Translations under genes and position numbers: made by a program
Notes under the pieces: generated by a model
Seen by the model: only the letters and a program-made list of their open reading frames with translations
Told to the model about the DNA's origin: nothing
Databases searched by the model: none
Assembly: GCA_040878225.1 (NCBI GenBank)
Contig: JBBDMR010000169.1
Location: 1-46,669 of the forward strand
DNA length: 46,669 nucleotides
Direction of reading: 5' to 3'
Source of the DNA: Acidimicrobiia bacterium
GTDB lineage: Bacteria; Actinomycetota; Acidimicrobiia; Spongiisociales; ZC4RG35
In this document: positions 10,195 through 18,738 of the stretch, piece by piece
Numbering within the stretch: position 1 is the stretch's first letter
How the letters are laid out: each line of letters begins with the position of its first letter

Positions 10195-11354
10195 TCCACC
10201 CCGCTTCGGATCGCTTCGACAAAGCCATCGAACAGGGGGGACGCGTCCCTGGGCCCGGGAGCCGCTTCGGGGTGGTACTGCACCGAGTATGCGAACGCTT
10301 CGACCAGTCGCATCCCTTCCACCGTCCCGTCGTTGAGGTTCTGATGCGTCGGGACGAGTTCACCGAATGGGGTGCTCGCTGCGGTCGGAAGCAACTCGCT
10401 CCCGACGAGACCGTCTCGTTCCGGTGGCTCGCCATCAACCAGACTCCACAAGTCGACGGCGAACCCGTGGTTCTGTGATGTGATCTCGACCTTGCCGTCG
10501 TCCATGCGCCGGACAGGGTGGTTCCCGCCGTGATGCCCGAACGGGAGTTTGAAAGTGTCGGCGCCGACGGCGCGGCCCAGCACCTGGTGCCCGAGGCAGA
10601 TCCCGAAGACTGGGACCTTCCCGATGAGCCCTCGCAAGGTCTCAGTGGTTGCCTCCAGGGGCTCGGGGTCGCCCGGGCCATTGGAAACGAAGACCCCATC
10701 CGGCTCCAACTCCAGGATCCTCGATTGCGGGGTGGCATAAGGGACCACGACGACGTCGAATCCTCTCACGGTCAGGTTGGTGAGGATGTCCCTCTTGATT
10801 CCGAGGTCGATCGCCACGATCGTGCCGTGACTCTCCCCGACCGAACTGACCTTGTACTCCTCGAGGGTGCTCACCTTCCCCGCGAGGTCCTGGCCGGTCA
10901 TCCCGGGAGCGGCCGAAGCGGCATCTCTCAGTTCCTGTTCGGTCACATCAGCGCCGAGGGCGACGGGCATCGCTCCCCTGTCCCGGATGTGGCGGGTGAG
11001 TCGGCGGGTGTCGACCCCGGATAGCGCAACAACGTCCTGGCTGAGCAGATAGTCGCCCAGAGATCCTTCGGAGCGCCAATTGGAATCGCGTCTCGACATC
11101 GACCTCGTCACGAATCCCGAGACATGGGGCTGGTCGGCCTGGGTGTCGGCAGCGGTCACCCCGTAGTTGCCGATATGTGGGGAGGTCATCACCACGACCT
11201 GGCCGGCGTATGAAGGGTCGGTGAGGACCTCCAGATAGCCGGACATCGAGGTGTTGAACACCGCTTCACCGGTCCGGATGCCATCGACACCTACCGAATA
11301 CCCGCGAAAGACCTCACCGTAGGAGGTGACCAAAAGTCCCGGTTTCTGTTTCAT
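10191..11354 (-). CDS. carA: Carbamoyl-phosphate synthase small subunit
   Basis: [33 protein letters not shown]. Start moved to ATG 11354 (MKQKPG), which overlaps the pyrC stop as ATGA. Confidence 0.97.
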   Translation of the reverse strand: MKQKPGLLVTSYGEVFRGYSVGVDGIRTGEAVFNTSMSGYLEVLTDPSYAGQVVVMTSPHIGNYGVTAADTQADQPHVSGFVTRSMSRRDSNWRSEGSLGDYLLSQDVVALSGVDTRRLTRHIRDRGAMPVALGADVTEQELRDAASAAPGMTGQDLAGKVSTLEEYKVSSVGESHGTIVAIDLGIKRDILTNLTVRGFDVVVVPYATPQSRILELEPDGVFVSNGPGDPEPLEATTETLRGLIGKVPVFGICLGHQVLGRAVGADTFKLPFGHHGGNHPVRRMDDGKVEITSQNHGFAVDLWSLVDGEPPERDGLVGSELLPTAASTPFGELVPTHQNLNDGTVEGMRLVEAFAYSVQYHPEAAPGPRDASPLFDGFVEAIRSGVE

Positions 11355-12613
11355 CTGCCGCCTCCGTGCACAAGTCCGCCATTGACAATCGTCGCCACAA
11401 CTCTTCCTTTCAATTCCTGCCCGAAGAACGGTGAGTTCTTCGAGCGGGAGACGAATTCGTCCGCTACCCAACGCTGGTCGGGATCGAGAAGCACCAGGTT
11501 CGCCGGGGTGCCTTCCGACACGGTCTGGCCCTGGGCCTCGAACCTTCCGATCTTCGCCGGAGCAATGCTCATCCGGTCGAAGACCAGATCGAGGTCGCCG
11601 CCGAGGGCTGTGAGAGCGACCGGGAACGCGGTTTCGAGCCCGATCACTCCACGGGGCGCTACCTCGAACGGCACGTCCTTCTCACTCGCAGTGTGCGGAG
11701 CATGATCGGTGGCGATCGCGTCGATGACCCCATCACGCAGTCCGCCCACCAGCGCTTGTCGATCGGCAGTCGAGCGCAGCGGTGGATACATCTTCAGGTT
11801 GGCGTCGAGGGAATCGAGGTTGTCTTCGCTCAACATCAAATGGTGTGGGGTCACCTCGGCAGTGACGTTCAAGCCCTCTTCTTTTGCCCGCTGGACCAGG
11901 GCCACCCCACCGGCTGTTGAAATATGCTGGACGTGGTACCGGGCGCCGGTTTCGGCGACAAGAGCCAGATCACGAGCAATTACCGCGACTTCGGCGGAGG
12001 CGGGCAGGCCGACCAGCCCGAGGGTCTGAGACCGTGCGCCCTCGTGCATGTGCCCGTTGCCGGCGATGGCGCGGTCTTCGGCATGCTGGGCGATGACGGC
12101 ATCGCTGCGATCACTGAGGTACAACATGATCCGACGCAGTAGACCGCCGTCGGCGAGGGTGTCACCGTCGTCGGTGAAGACCCGGACACCCTCCTCGTAC
12201 ATCTCGTCGAGATGTGCCATCTCCTCACCGGCCCGGCCCATGCTCAGAGCACCACTGAAACCGACTTCGATTACACCGGAGTCGGTGGCACGCCGGATGC
12301 AGCGACGAACCATTTCGCCGGAATCGACGGCCGGCTCGGTGTTCGGCATGGCCAGCACGGCAGTGAAACCACCCCGGGCGGCGGACCGGGTCCCCGTCAC
12401 CATGTCTTCCTTCCAGGTCTGGCCCGGGTCGCGCAGATGAGTGTGGAGATCGACAAATCCCGGCCCGAGCACCTTCCCGACACCATCGATGACAACGTCG
12501 TCGGGCCCGGGGGCAACCTCTCCGACCGCTACAACCGTCTCTCCGTCGACCGCCACATCACAGGTCTGCCAGCCGTTGGAGGTCATGGTCCGCGCCCCGC
12601 TGACGACGATCAT
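11351..12613 (-). CDS. pyrC: Dihydroorotase
   Basis: PGFVDLHTHLRDPG, AMPNTEP, EVTPHHL, KMYPPLR, ATDHAPH. Start moved to ATG 12613 (ATGA overlap with pyrB stop). Confidence 0.96.
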   Translation of the reverse strand: MIVVSGARTMTSNGWQTCDVAVDGETVVAVGEVAPGPDDVVIDGVGKVLGPGFVDLHTHLRDPGQTWKEDMVTGTRSAARGGFTAVLAMPNTEPAVDSGEMVRRCIRRATDSGVIEVGFSGALSMGRAGEEMAHLDEMYEEGVRVFTDDGDTLADGGLLRRIMLYLSDRSDAVIAQHAEDRAIAGNGHMHEGARSQTLGLVGLPASAEVAVIARDLALVAETGARYHVQHISTAGGVALVQRAKEEGLNVTAEVTPHHLMLSEDNLDSLDANLKMYPPLRSTADRQALVGGLRDGVIDAIATDHAPHTASEKDVPFEVAPRGVIGLETAFPVALTALGGDLDLVFDRMSIAPAKIGRFEAQGQTVSEGTPANLVLLDPDQRWVADEFVSRSKNSPFFGQELKGRVVATIVNGGLVHGGGR

Positions 12614-13497
12614 TTCCCGCCCCCGAGGATTCGGGCCATTACTGCCATTCGTACCGGCACCCCCGATGCGACCTGGTCGAGTATCAATGACCTCTCGCCG
12701 TCCGCTACCGCACCGGAGATCTCGACACCTCGATTCATCGGGCCGGGGTGCATCACCACCGCCTCGGGCTTCATCAGCTCGGCCCTGCGCTCGGTCAGGC
12801 CAAAACGTGCGTGATATTCGGAGTCGGATGGGTAGCCGAGGCCGCCTCCCCGCTCCTTCTGTACCCGGAGCAGGTACACCACATCGAGTTCGCCTAGCAC
12901 CGACTCGAGGTCGCCGCTGTGCTCGATATCCCATTCACCATGACGTGGGAGGAAGGTTGCCGGGCCCACGGCCACGACTTCAGCTCCGAGCGCCGGCAGC
13001 GCGCTGAGTAATCCCCGCGCCACGCGGCTGTTGACGATGTCACCCACCATGCCCACCCGCAGTCCGGCAATCCCGCCGAAACGGCTGCGCAGCGTGAACA
13101 GGTCGGCGAGGGTTTGGGTCGGGTGGGCGCGGCGCCCGTCACCGGCGTTGACCACCGGCACCCCCGACCACCGCGCCACCGCCTCCGGGGCGCCGGCGTG
13201 CTCGTGGCGAACGACGAGTAGGTCCGGGCCCATCGCTCCAACCGTCCGGGCCGTGTCACGCAAGCTTTCGCCCTTCGTCGCCGAGGAGGTCTCGTGATCG
13301 AAGACAACGAGGTTCGCCCCGAGGCGCGAAGCGGCAAGGTCGAAGGAAAGCCTGGTCCGAGTGGAAGGTTCGAAGAACATCGGAACCACGGTCATGCCCG
13401 CAAAACCCTCGGGTACCTTGTGTCTCATGCTCTCGGCCGAATCGAGGATTTCGGTGATCTCATCGGGTGAGAGACTGGCTACGTCAAACAGAGACAT
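12610..13497 (-). CDS. pyrB: Aspartate carbamoyltransferase catalytic subunit
   Basis: FFEPSTRTRLSF, KGESLRDT, NAGDG..HPTQ, MHPGPMNRGVEI. Confidence 0.98.
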   Translation of the reverse strand: MSLFDVASLSPDEITEILDSAESMRHKVPEGFAGMTVVPMFFEPSTRTRLSFDLAASRLGANLVVFDHETSSATKGESLRDTARTVGAMGPDLLVVRHEHAGAPEAVARWSGVPVVNAGDGRRAHPTQTLADLFTLRSRFGGIAGLRVGMVGDIVNSRVARGLLSALPALGAEVVAVGPATFLPRHGEWDIEHSGDLESVLGELDVVYLLRVQKERGGGLGYPSDSEYHARFGLTERRAELMKPEAVVMHPGPMNRGVEISGAVADGERSLILDQVASGVPVRMAVMARILGGGK

Positions 13498-14025
13498 TCA
13501 GTGGTCCCTTTCGATCCACACACCACCGTCACCGTCGACCTCGGGGACATGCACCGAGATTCGCTCCCGGGCGGCGGTCGGCACGTTCTTGCCCACGTAG
13601 TCGGCGCGGACCGGTAATTCGCGGTGGCCCCTGTCGATGAGCACCGCCAGTTCGATCTGGTCGGCTCTCCCGATCTCTGAGATTGCGTCGAGCGCAGCGC
13701 GCACGGTCCTCCCGGTGTAGAGCACATCATCGACCACGACAAGTGACATCCCGTGGATGTCGAAAGGGATCGAGGTCGCCACATCGGCGGGCCTCTCCCC
13801 ACCGTTGATGTCGTCGCGGTGGGCCCTGACGTCGAGCTCGCCCAGCGGAACAGACGCGCTTTCAAACTCTTCGATTGCGGCGGCCAGTGAACGGGCCAGG
13901 TGGATTCCCCGGGTCCTGATCCCCAGGAGCGCGACAGAGGCGACACCGCGATGACGTTCGATGATTTCGTGAGCGATGCGGCGGAGGGCGCGGGCGACGT
14001 CTTCGTCGCTCATGATCTGTGGCAT
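13498..14025 (-). CDS. pyrR: PyrR pyrimidine operon regulator / uracil phosphoribosyltransferase fold
   Basis: ALRRIAHEIIE, GIRTRG, VVDDVLYTGRTVRAAL, DRGHRELPVRADYVGKN. Confidence 0.96.
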   Translation of the reverse strand: MPQIMSDEDVARALRRIAHEIIERHRGVASVALLGIRTRGIHLARSLAAAIEEFESASVPLGELDVRAHRDDINGGERPADVATSIPFDIHGMSLVVVDDVLYTGRTVRAALDAISEIGRADQIELAVLIDRGHRELPVRADYVGKNVPTAARERISVHVPEVDGDGGVWIERDH

Positions 14026-14054
14026 CAGGCCGATACCGGGCCGTTGTCTGGCAT
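14025..14054 (-). CDS. Putative 9-codon leader uORF (MPDNGPVSA*) coupled to pyrR
   Basis: ATG at 14054-14052 follows AAAGGA in the 3' arm of the PyrR loop; its TGA (14027-14025) overlaps the pyrR ATG (TGATG). Confidence 0.5.
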   Translation of the reverse strand: MPDNGPVSA

Positions 14055-14059
14055 CTCGT

Positions 14060-14091
14060 CCTTTCCGGCCTCACTGGACCGTCCTTAAAGG
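14060..14091 (-). promoter_or_regulatory. PyrR-binding RNA stem-loop
   Basis: Minus strand CCTTTAAggacgGTCCAGTGAGGCcggaAAGG matches the CUUUAA ... RUCCNGNGAGGY ... AAGG consensus; -10-like TAGTGT at 14105-14100 lies just upstream. Confidence 0.9.
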
Positions 14092-14127
14092 TTGCTGCAA
14101 CACTAGCGCAGACTCGAGGCGTTCAAA

Positions 14128-14682
14128 TCACTCCGGTCGGACCGACCTGGCGAGAGTCGCCAGCACTCCGTTGATGAACGCACCACTCCGGCCCGTGGAG
14201 TAGGTATTGGCGAGACGCACAGCCTCGGAGACCACAACCGACGTCGGTGTGCCGGGCTCATTGCGCAACTCCCAGAGGCCCATGCGCAGGATCGCCCGGT
14301 CGATCAAGGGCATCCGGGCTACCGACCAGTGCTCGGAGGCCGCCTCGATGTCGCTGTCGAGGGACTCCGCTTCGCCCACCACCCCGCTGACCATTCGCAG
14401 GACACGCGGGGGAAGACCGTCACGCATGGGTTGTGGGGCGCGGCTGTCAATCTCGTAGAGGCACTCCAGGACGAGGTCACGGGGTTCGACCTCCACCTCG
14501 AAACCGAGGGTCTTCGCAGTTTCCACGGCAATGCTGGAGTCCAGGACGTCATCGGGGCTGTTCGGCTCGCCACGGGCGGCCAGCACCGCCTGAACGGCTG
14601 ATACATCGACCCCGATCTTCCGGGCCAGCTCCGAGGCTGTCACCCGCGCTGGGATTGACGGGTGAGTCGGGCCTTCACTCAT
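14128..14682 (-). CDS. nusB: Transcription antitermination factor NusB with an N-terminal IF2_N-like domain
   Basis: C-terminal NusB motifs (WSVARMPLIDRAILRMGLWEL, VVVSEAVRLANTYS, FINGVL); efp-nusB-pyrR synteny; ~65 aa extra N-terminal domain. Confidence 0.93.
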   Translation of the reverse strand: MSEGPTHPSIPARVTASELARKIGVDVSAVQAVLAARGEPNSPDDVLDSSIAVETAKTLGFEVEVEPRDLVLECLYEIDSRAPQPMRDGLPPRVLRMVSGVVGEAESLDSDIEAASEHWSVARMPLIDRAILRMGLWELRNEPGTPTSVVVSEAVRLANTYSTGRSGAFINGVLATLARSVRPE

Positions 14683-15236
14683 ACCCGGGTTTGGTAATCA
14701 CCCGTGCGGGTCTCGACTCTGATCCTGTCTCCCTGTTCGATGAAGAGCGGCACCTGGACTTCGTGTCCCGTCTCGGTGGTGACCAGTTTCGAGGCACCGG
14801 TCCTGGTATCGCCTTTCACCGCAGGCTCGGCATAGGTGACTTCGAGCTCGACGGAAGCGGGAAGCTCGACGCCGATCGGTGTTCCATTGTGAATCGCGAG
14901 GCTCACGGTGGCACCTTCCACTATGAACATTGCGGCCTCACCGACTTCTTCTGCTCCGACAGCGATCTGGCCGTAATCCTGGAGGTTCATGAAGTGGAAT
15001 CCGATGTCGTCGCGGTAGAGAAACTGGTAGTCGCTTCTGTCGATGATCGCCTGGTCGACGTTCTCGTCGGCGCGAAAAGTTCGATCCATTACCTGGCCGG
15101 TCTCGACCTTTTTGAGCTTCATCCTCACGAAAGCTTTGCCCTTTCCCGGCTTGACGTGCTGGTACTCGACGATCGTGAAGAGACCGTCGTCGAGTTGCAG
15201 CGCCATGCCAGGCCTGACGTCGTTTGTGCTGATCAT
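14679..15236 (-). CDS. efp: Elongation factor P
   Basis: MISTNDVRPG, QHVKPGKGKAFVR, EPAVKGDT, VPLFIEQGD, TRTGDYQTR; SD GAGGA. Confidence 0.98.
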   Translation of the reverse strand: MISTNDVRPGMALQLDDGLFTIVEYQHVKPGKGKAFVRMKLKKVETGQVMDRTFRADENVDQAIIDRSDYQFLYRDDIGFHFMNLQDYGQIAVGAEEVGEAAMFIVEGATVSLAIHNGTPIGVELPASVELEVTYAEPAVKGDTRTGASKLVTTETGHEVQVPLFIEQGDRIRVETRTGDYQTRV

Positions 15237-15277
15237 CGCTGGATCCTCATGAGTTCAACTCGCAGACGGTACCCGTG

Positions 15278-16300
15278 TCAAAGTCCTATCGCCTGTAAGG
15301 CCAGTTCGATTGAGCCCTCGTCGGCGTGGCGCAGCGTCGGTTTGCCCACTGCCTCGAGGAGCACCATCCGGACCCCGTTGCGGTCCCGTTTCTTGTCCAT
15401 ACCGATCAGGTCTCGCACGCGTGTCCGATCGAGGCCTTCGACAGATGTTGCCAGGCCGGTGCGTGCGATCGCCTCGACGACACGGCCCCTCTCGACGAAC
15501 CCGACGTCGACTTCCGACACAGCGGCGGCCGCCACCATCCCAACTCCCACTGCGGAACCATGGCTCAGCGATGATGCGTATTCGACAGCATGGCCGACCG
15601 TATGGCCGAAGTTGAGCATGGCCCGCCCTGAAACCTCCCGGGGGTCGTCGCCCACATATCCGGCCTTGACCTTCACCGCGGCGGGGACGACCTTCTCCAA
15701 TGGCGCATCGATGCCGTGGGTCTCGATCAACTCGACCAGGCCGGTGTCGCCGACCAGACCTGCCTTCAGCGCCTCGGCCATCCCCTCTCTCACAAGTGCG
15801 GTGGGGAGCTTCTCGAGGATGTCGAGATCGATTACGACGAGCGTGGGATCCCAGAACACGCCAACGAGGTTCTTGCCGATGTGGTTTACCCCGGTCTTGC
15901 CGCCGATCGAGGCGTCGACCGCCGCCAACAGCGTTGTCGGGAAATGAACGACTTCCACTCCCCTCATCCAGGTCCCGGCGACGAACCCGGCGAGGTCGGT
16001 AACTGCCCCTCCCCCGACACCGACCACCGTGTCGTCTCTTCCCAGACCGATCTTCGAGAACCGTTCGTACAGCGTTGCAGCCACAGCAAGAGTCTTCGCC
16101 TCATCACGGTCGGGGACGCCGAGCACGTCGACGTCGAGTCCTCCTTCTTTGAAGAATCTCGAAATGCGGACGGCGTGCTGACTTGCGCCAGGCTGGGTGA
16201 TTATCGCCACCCGCCGCCGTCCTTGACGCTCGGGAAGGACCGAGCCCCGGATCCCCGACACAATGCGCACCTTTGAACCGCCGACTCTCAGCTCTTCCAC
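15278..16300 (-). CDS. aroB: 3-dehydroquinate synthase
   Basis: GGGAVTDLAGFVA, PTTLLAAVDASIGGKTGVN, LNFGHTVGHAVE, HG..V.VGM. Confidence 0.96.
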   Translation of the reverse strand: MEELRVGGSKVRIVSGIRGSVLPERQGRRRVAIITQPGASQHAVRISRFFKEGGLDVDVLGVPDRDEAKTLAVAATLYERFSKIGLGRDDTVVGVGGGAVTDLAGFVAGTWMRGVEVVHFPTTLLAAVDASIGGKTGVNHIGKNLVGVFWDPTLVVIDLDILEKLPTALVREGMAEALKAGLVGDTGLVELIETHGIDAPLEKVVPAAVKVKAGYVGDDPREVSGRAMLNFGHTVGHAVEYASSLSHGSAVGVGMVAAAAVSEVDVGFVERGRVVEAIARTGLATSVEGLDRTRVRDLIGMDKKRDRNGVRMVLLEAVGKPTLRHADEGSIELALQAIGL

Positions 16301-16794
16301 AGGCCCTCGATCTCGGCTGCAAGGTCTTCAGGAGCGCGCCCGTCCACGTCGACTGTGTGATCGGCGAGGGACCGGTAACTGCCGGTTCGGCGGATTGCCA
16401 GATTCCTGAGTGTCGCCTCGAGATCGTCGGCCGAATCGAGAAGCGGCCTGCCTTCCTGGCCGCTCAGCCTATCCACGAGCTCACCGGGCTGGGCCCTCAG
16501 CCATACGACTGTTCCCGAGGAGGAAATCACCGACCGGGTGGAGGGATCGGTGACCGCCCCGCCTCCGGTGGCGATCACTGCAGAATCCATCCGTGCCGAG
16601 TCCACCACCACTTCGGCTTCGATCGATCGAAACAGCTCCTCGCCACCCTCGGCCCAGAGATCGGCGATGGTCATACCGGCTCGGCTCTCGACTTCGGCAT
16701 CCGTGTCACGGAACTCGACTCCCACCGAGCTTGCGATCAGCCGGCCGACCGTCGTCTTGCCGCTTCCCATCATGCCCACCAGCCAGAGAATCAT
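16288..16794 (-). CDS. aroK: Shikimate kinase
   Basis: LVGMMGSGKTTVG, DTD, GEELFR, ATGGG, RPLL. Confidence 0.96.
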   Translation of the reverse strand: MILWLVGMMGSGKTTVGRLIASSVGVEFRDTDAEVESRAGMTIADLWAEGGEELFRSIEAEVVVDSARMDSAVIATGGGAVTDPSTRSVISSSGTVVWLRAQPGELVDRLSGQEGRPLLDSADDLEATLRNLAIRRTGSYRSLADHTVDVDGRAPEDLAAEIEGLWKS

Positions 16795-17951
16795 TGTTCG
16801 AGACGGCGGGCCACACGTGCCCGGTAGTCGATCGCAGCAGACGTCAACTCATCGATGGTGTCCCCGCCGAACTTTCGCATCACCTCGCACGCAACGACCC
16901 AGGCGACCATCTGCTCACCGACTACGGCCGCTGCCGGCACAGCACAAACGTCGGATCGCTCCCGGACGGCGACGGCATCCTCGCCTGTGTCCATATCCAA
17001 GGTTCTCAGGGGCCGCATTAGCGTCGAGATCGGCTTCATCGCTCCTCGTACCCTGAGGACCTCGCCGTTACTCACCCCGCCTTCGACACCACCTGCACGG
17101 TTTGTGCTCCGACCGACCGCGCCTTCGGAGCGGACGATCTCGTCATGGGCATCAGACCCGAGGCTTACCGCCGCGCGATAGCCGTCCCCGATCTCGACGC
17201 CTTTCACTGCCGGGATCGACATCAGCGCTCCGGCGAGGGCTGCATCGAGCCTCCTGTCGTAGTGGACATACGAACCGAGCCCGATCGGGAGCCCGAACCC
17301 GGCTACTTCGAAGATCCCACCCAGCGTGTCCTTGTCTTCGGTAACTCGATCGATGAGGTCGACCATGGTCGCAGACGCTTCGCGGTCGAGGCAGCGAACC
17401 GGGTCGGAGTCGACGTTGTCGAAGTCGCCGAGGGTCAGCGGGCGCTCCGCAGCAGCGACCTTGCCGATGGAGACGACATGGCTCCTGACCTGGACGTCGA
17501 CAGTGTCGAGAAGGGATTTCGCCAGGTATCCGGCGACGGTTCGGGCGGCAGTCTCCCGGGCTGACGCCCGCTCCAGCACGTCCCGGGCATCTTCGGTGTC
17601 GTACTTGACCATCCCGGCGAGGTCGGCATGTCCGGGTCGGGGACGGGTTACCCGGCCGGCGGGCTCATCGATCGGGGTCACCGACATTTGCCGGGACCAC
17701 TTCTCAGCCTCCGCATTCCGGACCACCACTGCCACCGGTGCACCAATCGTCCGGCCGTGACGGATGCCTCCAATGACCTCCAGCCGGTCCGTCTCCACTT
17801 TCATGCGCCCACCCCGGCCATGGCCAAGACGCCTGCGCGCGAGCTCATGGTCAAGACCTTCGGCCGAGAATTCGAGTCCCTTCGGCAGGCCTTCGACGAT
17901 GGTCACCAGGCCCGGTCCGTGGGATTCGCCTGCAGTCAGAAATCGGAGCAT
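16791..17951 (-). CDS. aroC: Chorismate synthase
   Basis: TAGESHG, RPRPGHAD, ERASARETA, NRAGGVEGG, MKPISTL, RSDVCAVP. Confidence 0.98.
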   Translation of the reverse strand: MLRFLTAGESHGPGLVTIVEGLPKGLEFSAEGLDHELARRRLGHGRGGRMKVETDRLEVIGGIRHGRTIGAPVAVVVRNAEAEKWSRQMSVTPIDEPAGRVTRPRPGHADLAGMVKYDTEDARDVLERASARETAARTVAGYLAKSLLDTVDVQVRSHVVSIGKVAAAERPLTLGDFDNVDSDPVRCLDREASATMVDLIDRVTEDKDTLGGIFEVAGFGLPIGLGSYVHYDRRLDAALAGALMSIPAVKGVEIGDGYRAAVSLGSDAHDEIVRSEGAVGRSTNRAGGVEGGVSNGEVLRVRGAMKPISTLMRPLRTLDMDTGEDAVAVRERSDVCAVPAAAVVGEQMVAWVVACEVMRKFGGDTIDELTSAAIDYRARVARRLEQ

Positions 17952-17973
17952 GGTCGGAATGCTACGACGTAAT

Positions 17974-18690
17974 TCACAAGGCGCTAATCCCGACCGAGAT
18001 GATTGCCAACCAGGAGCCCAGGATCATTGCCGGCCCGTACGGGAGCTCGGTGTCGCGCTTTGCCTCTGAGAACAACAAGACAGCCACGGCCAGGATCCCG
18101 CCGATAAATGCAGTTGCCACCACAGATCTGGCGAGGATCGTCCAGGAGAAGTATGTGGTGAATACCCCGAGAAGGGGGGCAAGTTTCACATCCCCGGCTC
18201 CGAAGCCGTTGCCGCGGGCAAGAACGAAGAGGAACAGGCTCCCTACGAAGTACGCAGCTCCACCACCCAGGCCACGCCAGAAGGCCGGCAAATCTCCGGT
18301 CACCAGGGAGGTCACTCCAAGGGCGACGATGAGAAGGGCTGAACCGCGGAGGTTGAGCCGATCGACGATTCGCATTTCGTCGATGTCGGTGAGCATCAGC
18401 GAGGTCGTCAACAGCAGGAACCCTGCAAAAGGTAGAAGTGCCCATCCAACGCCGAAGGCATTGACGAAACCGACAGCGACCAGGGCGGTCGTCGCCGCCA
18501 CCGCCGGCTCCCGTTTGGGCGTTCTACCGCATTCGGGACATTTTGATCGCAGCCACCCCCTGCGATGTCCACATCCGGGGCAGGTGCCGGCCAGTGGCCT
18601 CAGCGGCCTCTCTTTGAGGGCCTGGGCAGCAAGGTCATGCGCAATTAGGCCGAGAAGCGCCCCGGCGATGGCGGCCAGCGTGACTGTCAC
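17974..18690 (-). CDS. A24-family prepilin peptidase
   Basis: CPGC...CPEC Zn motifs, multiple TM segments, TDIDEMRI and GAGDVKL aspartates, LPYGPAM; typical position upstream of aroC. Confidence 0.88.
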   Translation of the reverse strand: MTVTLAAIAGALLGLIAHDLAAQALKERPLRPLAGTCPGCGHRRGWLRSKCPECGRTPKREPAVAATTALVAVGFVNAFGVGWALLPFAGFLLLTTSLMLTDIDEMRIVDRLNLRGSALLIVALGVTSLVTGDLPAFWRGLGGGAAYFVGSLFLFVLARGNGFGAGDVKLAPLLGVFTTYFSWTILARSVVATAFIGGILAVAVLLFSEAKRDTELPYGPAMILGSWLAIISVGISAL

Positions 18691-18738
18691 GGCTTTCGAA
18701 GTTAGCCGTTACGGGCTGAACTGTCCGACAGCCGGTGT

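Noticed and set aside
12614-12934. Long N-terminal extensions in the ORF track for pyrC, and likewise carA, alaS, secDF, ruvA, LLM and DUF4242
   Set aside because: They overlap upstream genes or promoters; downstream starts with ATGA overlaps, SDs or -10 elements match the family N-termini.
14433-15947. 504-aa plus-strand ORF, and similar long antisense ORFs (526-1563, 6964-8052, 17999-19096, 23689-25125, 34964-36013)
   Set aside because: Antisense shadows of well-supported genes in high-GC DNA, with no recognisable motifs or start signals.
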